DNA from: Escherichia phage 308Ecol101PP
DNA: 64,000 nucleotides
Strand: one strand, 5' to 3'
Sequence record: OR062945.1
Part shown: positions 62,954 through 64,000 of the stretch, one piece after another
Numbering within the stretch: position 1 is the stretch's first letter
How the letters are laid out: the number at the start of each line of letters is the position of its first letter
The notes under the pieces: model-generated
The model's input: the letters and a program-made list of their open reading frames with translations, nothing else
Told to the model about the DNA's origin: nothing
Database searches by the model: none
Program-made: the position numbers and the translations under genes

Positions 62954-63247
62954 ATGAAAAAGTTATCATTGGCAGCAATCTTACTCGCAGTATCATGTGC
63001 ACCAGCTCCAGTTACGGCAGGTTATGATAAAGACCTCTGTGAGTGGTCAATGACTGCAAATCAAGAAGATGTTGAACAACAAATCTTCTCTGATATCATG
63101 AACATCACTAAACGAGACCGTCCTAATATGGTTAATAAAGTTGTTGAACAACTTAAGTCCGGTGGTATCATGCAGTACAATTATGTTTTGTATTGTGACC
63201 CTAATTTCGATAACAAAGATATCGTAACCGAAATCACAGGTGAATAA
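62954..63247 (+). CDS. Lipoprotein
   Basis: MKKLSLAAILLAVSC signal peptide with lipobox; promoter cassette 62895. Confidence 0.6.
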   Translation: MKKLSLAAILLAVSCAPAPVTAGYDKDLCEWSMTANQEDVEQQIFSDIMNITKRDRPNMVNKVVEQLKSGGIMQYNYVLYCDPNFDNKDIVTEITGE

Positions 63248-63248
63248 T

Positions 63249-63899
63249 ATGATTTATTACATGCACAAAAACGCGCCATTTAAATATGGTAAATTTCCTA
63301 ATGCACAATGTTATAATATAACGCCGAATGAAAATAATAACGGTTATCATATTGGTGTAATTTTTGTAATTGTTAAAGATAACGAAATCGTTGCCTGGGC
63401 TGATTTTAAAGGTACAACGTATGATGTTAATCCGGTGCCTTTCACATATTACAATATAATGGATTTGGCATATGATTATAATTGGTTTAATCATGACGCG
63501 TTGGCTCATATTGAAGGTGTAGGATTTGACATCTCTTATTCTAGCTATTCATTATGTCCTATGAGCCGAGCTCACGGTAAAGATGCATCATATCTTTCAT
63601 TTCGGAAACGTGTAAACTTCAAACGTAGTACAGAGTATGTCGGTGGACTCTTTGTTAAAGATAATAAAATAACCCGTATTAGTTATCCTTTAAGTGTAGG
63701 TCAAAAAGATGTTGATGTTGATTTAGACTTAACTGAAAATAACATTAATCATATTGCTTCTGTATATTTTGATATCGATGAAAAAATTGTAGTGTGTGGA
63801 TACGAATTACCACCTGAAGAAAAGGCTGAAGCAATTGAAGTCGAATTAGAAATTTCTGTTGATGACCAAATATTTAATGCATTTATGAATCGAGGTTAA
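63249..63899 (+). CDS. Hypothetical protein (216 aa)
   Basis: ATG 63249 two nt after upstream stop. Confidence 0.65.
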   Translation: MIYYMHKNAPFKYGKFPNAQCYNITPNENNNGYHIGVIFVIVKDNEIVAWADFKGTTYDVNPVPFTYYNIMDLAYDYNWFNHDALAHIEGVGFDISYSSYSLCPMSRAHGKDASYLSFRKRVNFKRSTEYVGGLFVKDNKITRISYPLSVGQKDVDVDLDLTENNINHIASVYFDIDEKIVVCGYELPPEEKAEAIEVELEISVDDQIFNAFMNRG

Positions 63900-63900
63900 A

Positions 63901-64000
63901 ATGACTACTGCAATTTGCACTGGTTCTAAAATTAGTGTTTTTACAAGTTTTGAAGATTATGAAGTTGTTTCAAAACACCAATACCATATTAGCGTAAAAG
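63901..64000 (+). CDS. Hypothetical protein, 5' part only (runs off right edge)
   Basis: ATG 63901 two nt after upstream stop; open to window end. Confidence 0.4.
   Translation, partial: MTTAICTGSKISVFTSFEDYEVVSKHQYHISVK

Overview
This window reads as a contiguous early/middle-gene block of a T4-like myovirus (Tevenvirinae), almost entirely on the + strand; only the late genes 53 and 5 at the left edge are on the - strand. The DNA polymerase ORF (48549..51260, 903 aa) matches my recollection of RB69 gp43, so this is probably RB69 or a close Mosigvirus relative; I could not verify that by search. Gene order follows T4: 5(-), 53(-), 4, 2, 3, 1, 57A, 57B, ipI-like, two tRNAs (Met-CAT, Arg-TCT), a roughly 8 kb hyperplastic region of small ORFs, nudE, e (lysozyme), denV, ipII/III-like, GrcA/Y06I-like, regB-like, tk, nrdC, 49, nrdD, nrdG, nrdH-like, 55, 47, 46, 45, 44, 62, regA, 43, an inserted sugar-nucleotide/hydroxymethylase module, uvsX, 40, 41, then more small ORFs. 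I saw no introns, inteins, homing endonucleases, transposases or CRISPR arrays. The most interesting signals are: (1) a sugar-phosphate isomerase / kinase-nucleotidyltransferase / phosphatase / divergent hydroxymethylase cluster where T4 carries 42 and beta-gt, with no alpha-gt between 55 and 47, which looks like a non-glucose DNA hypermodification pathway; (2) about 25 copies of an early-promoter cassette with an inverted repeat wrapped around the -10 element (PeSL-like), some showing compensatory base changes and some duplicated at distant loci; (3) six genes carrying the MKTY(Q/K)EF(I/L)AE capsid-targeting leader; (4) several paralogous small-protein families with conserved C-terminal tails that coincide with gene junctions; (5) a macro-domain protein and a host-like GrcA. 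All functional calls come from motif recognition and synteny by eye; no searches were run.
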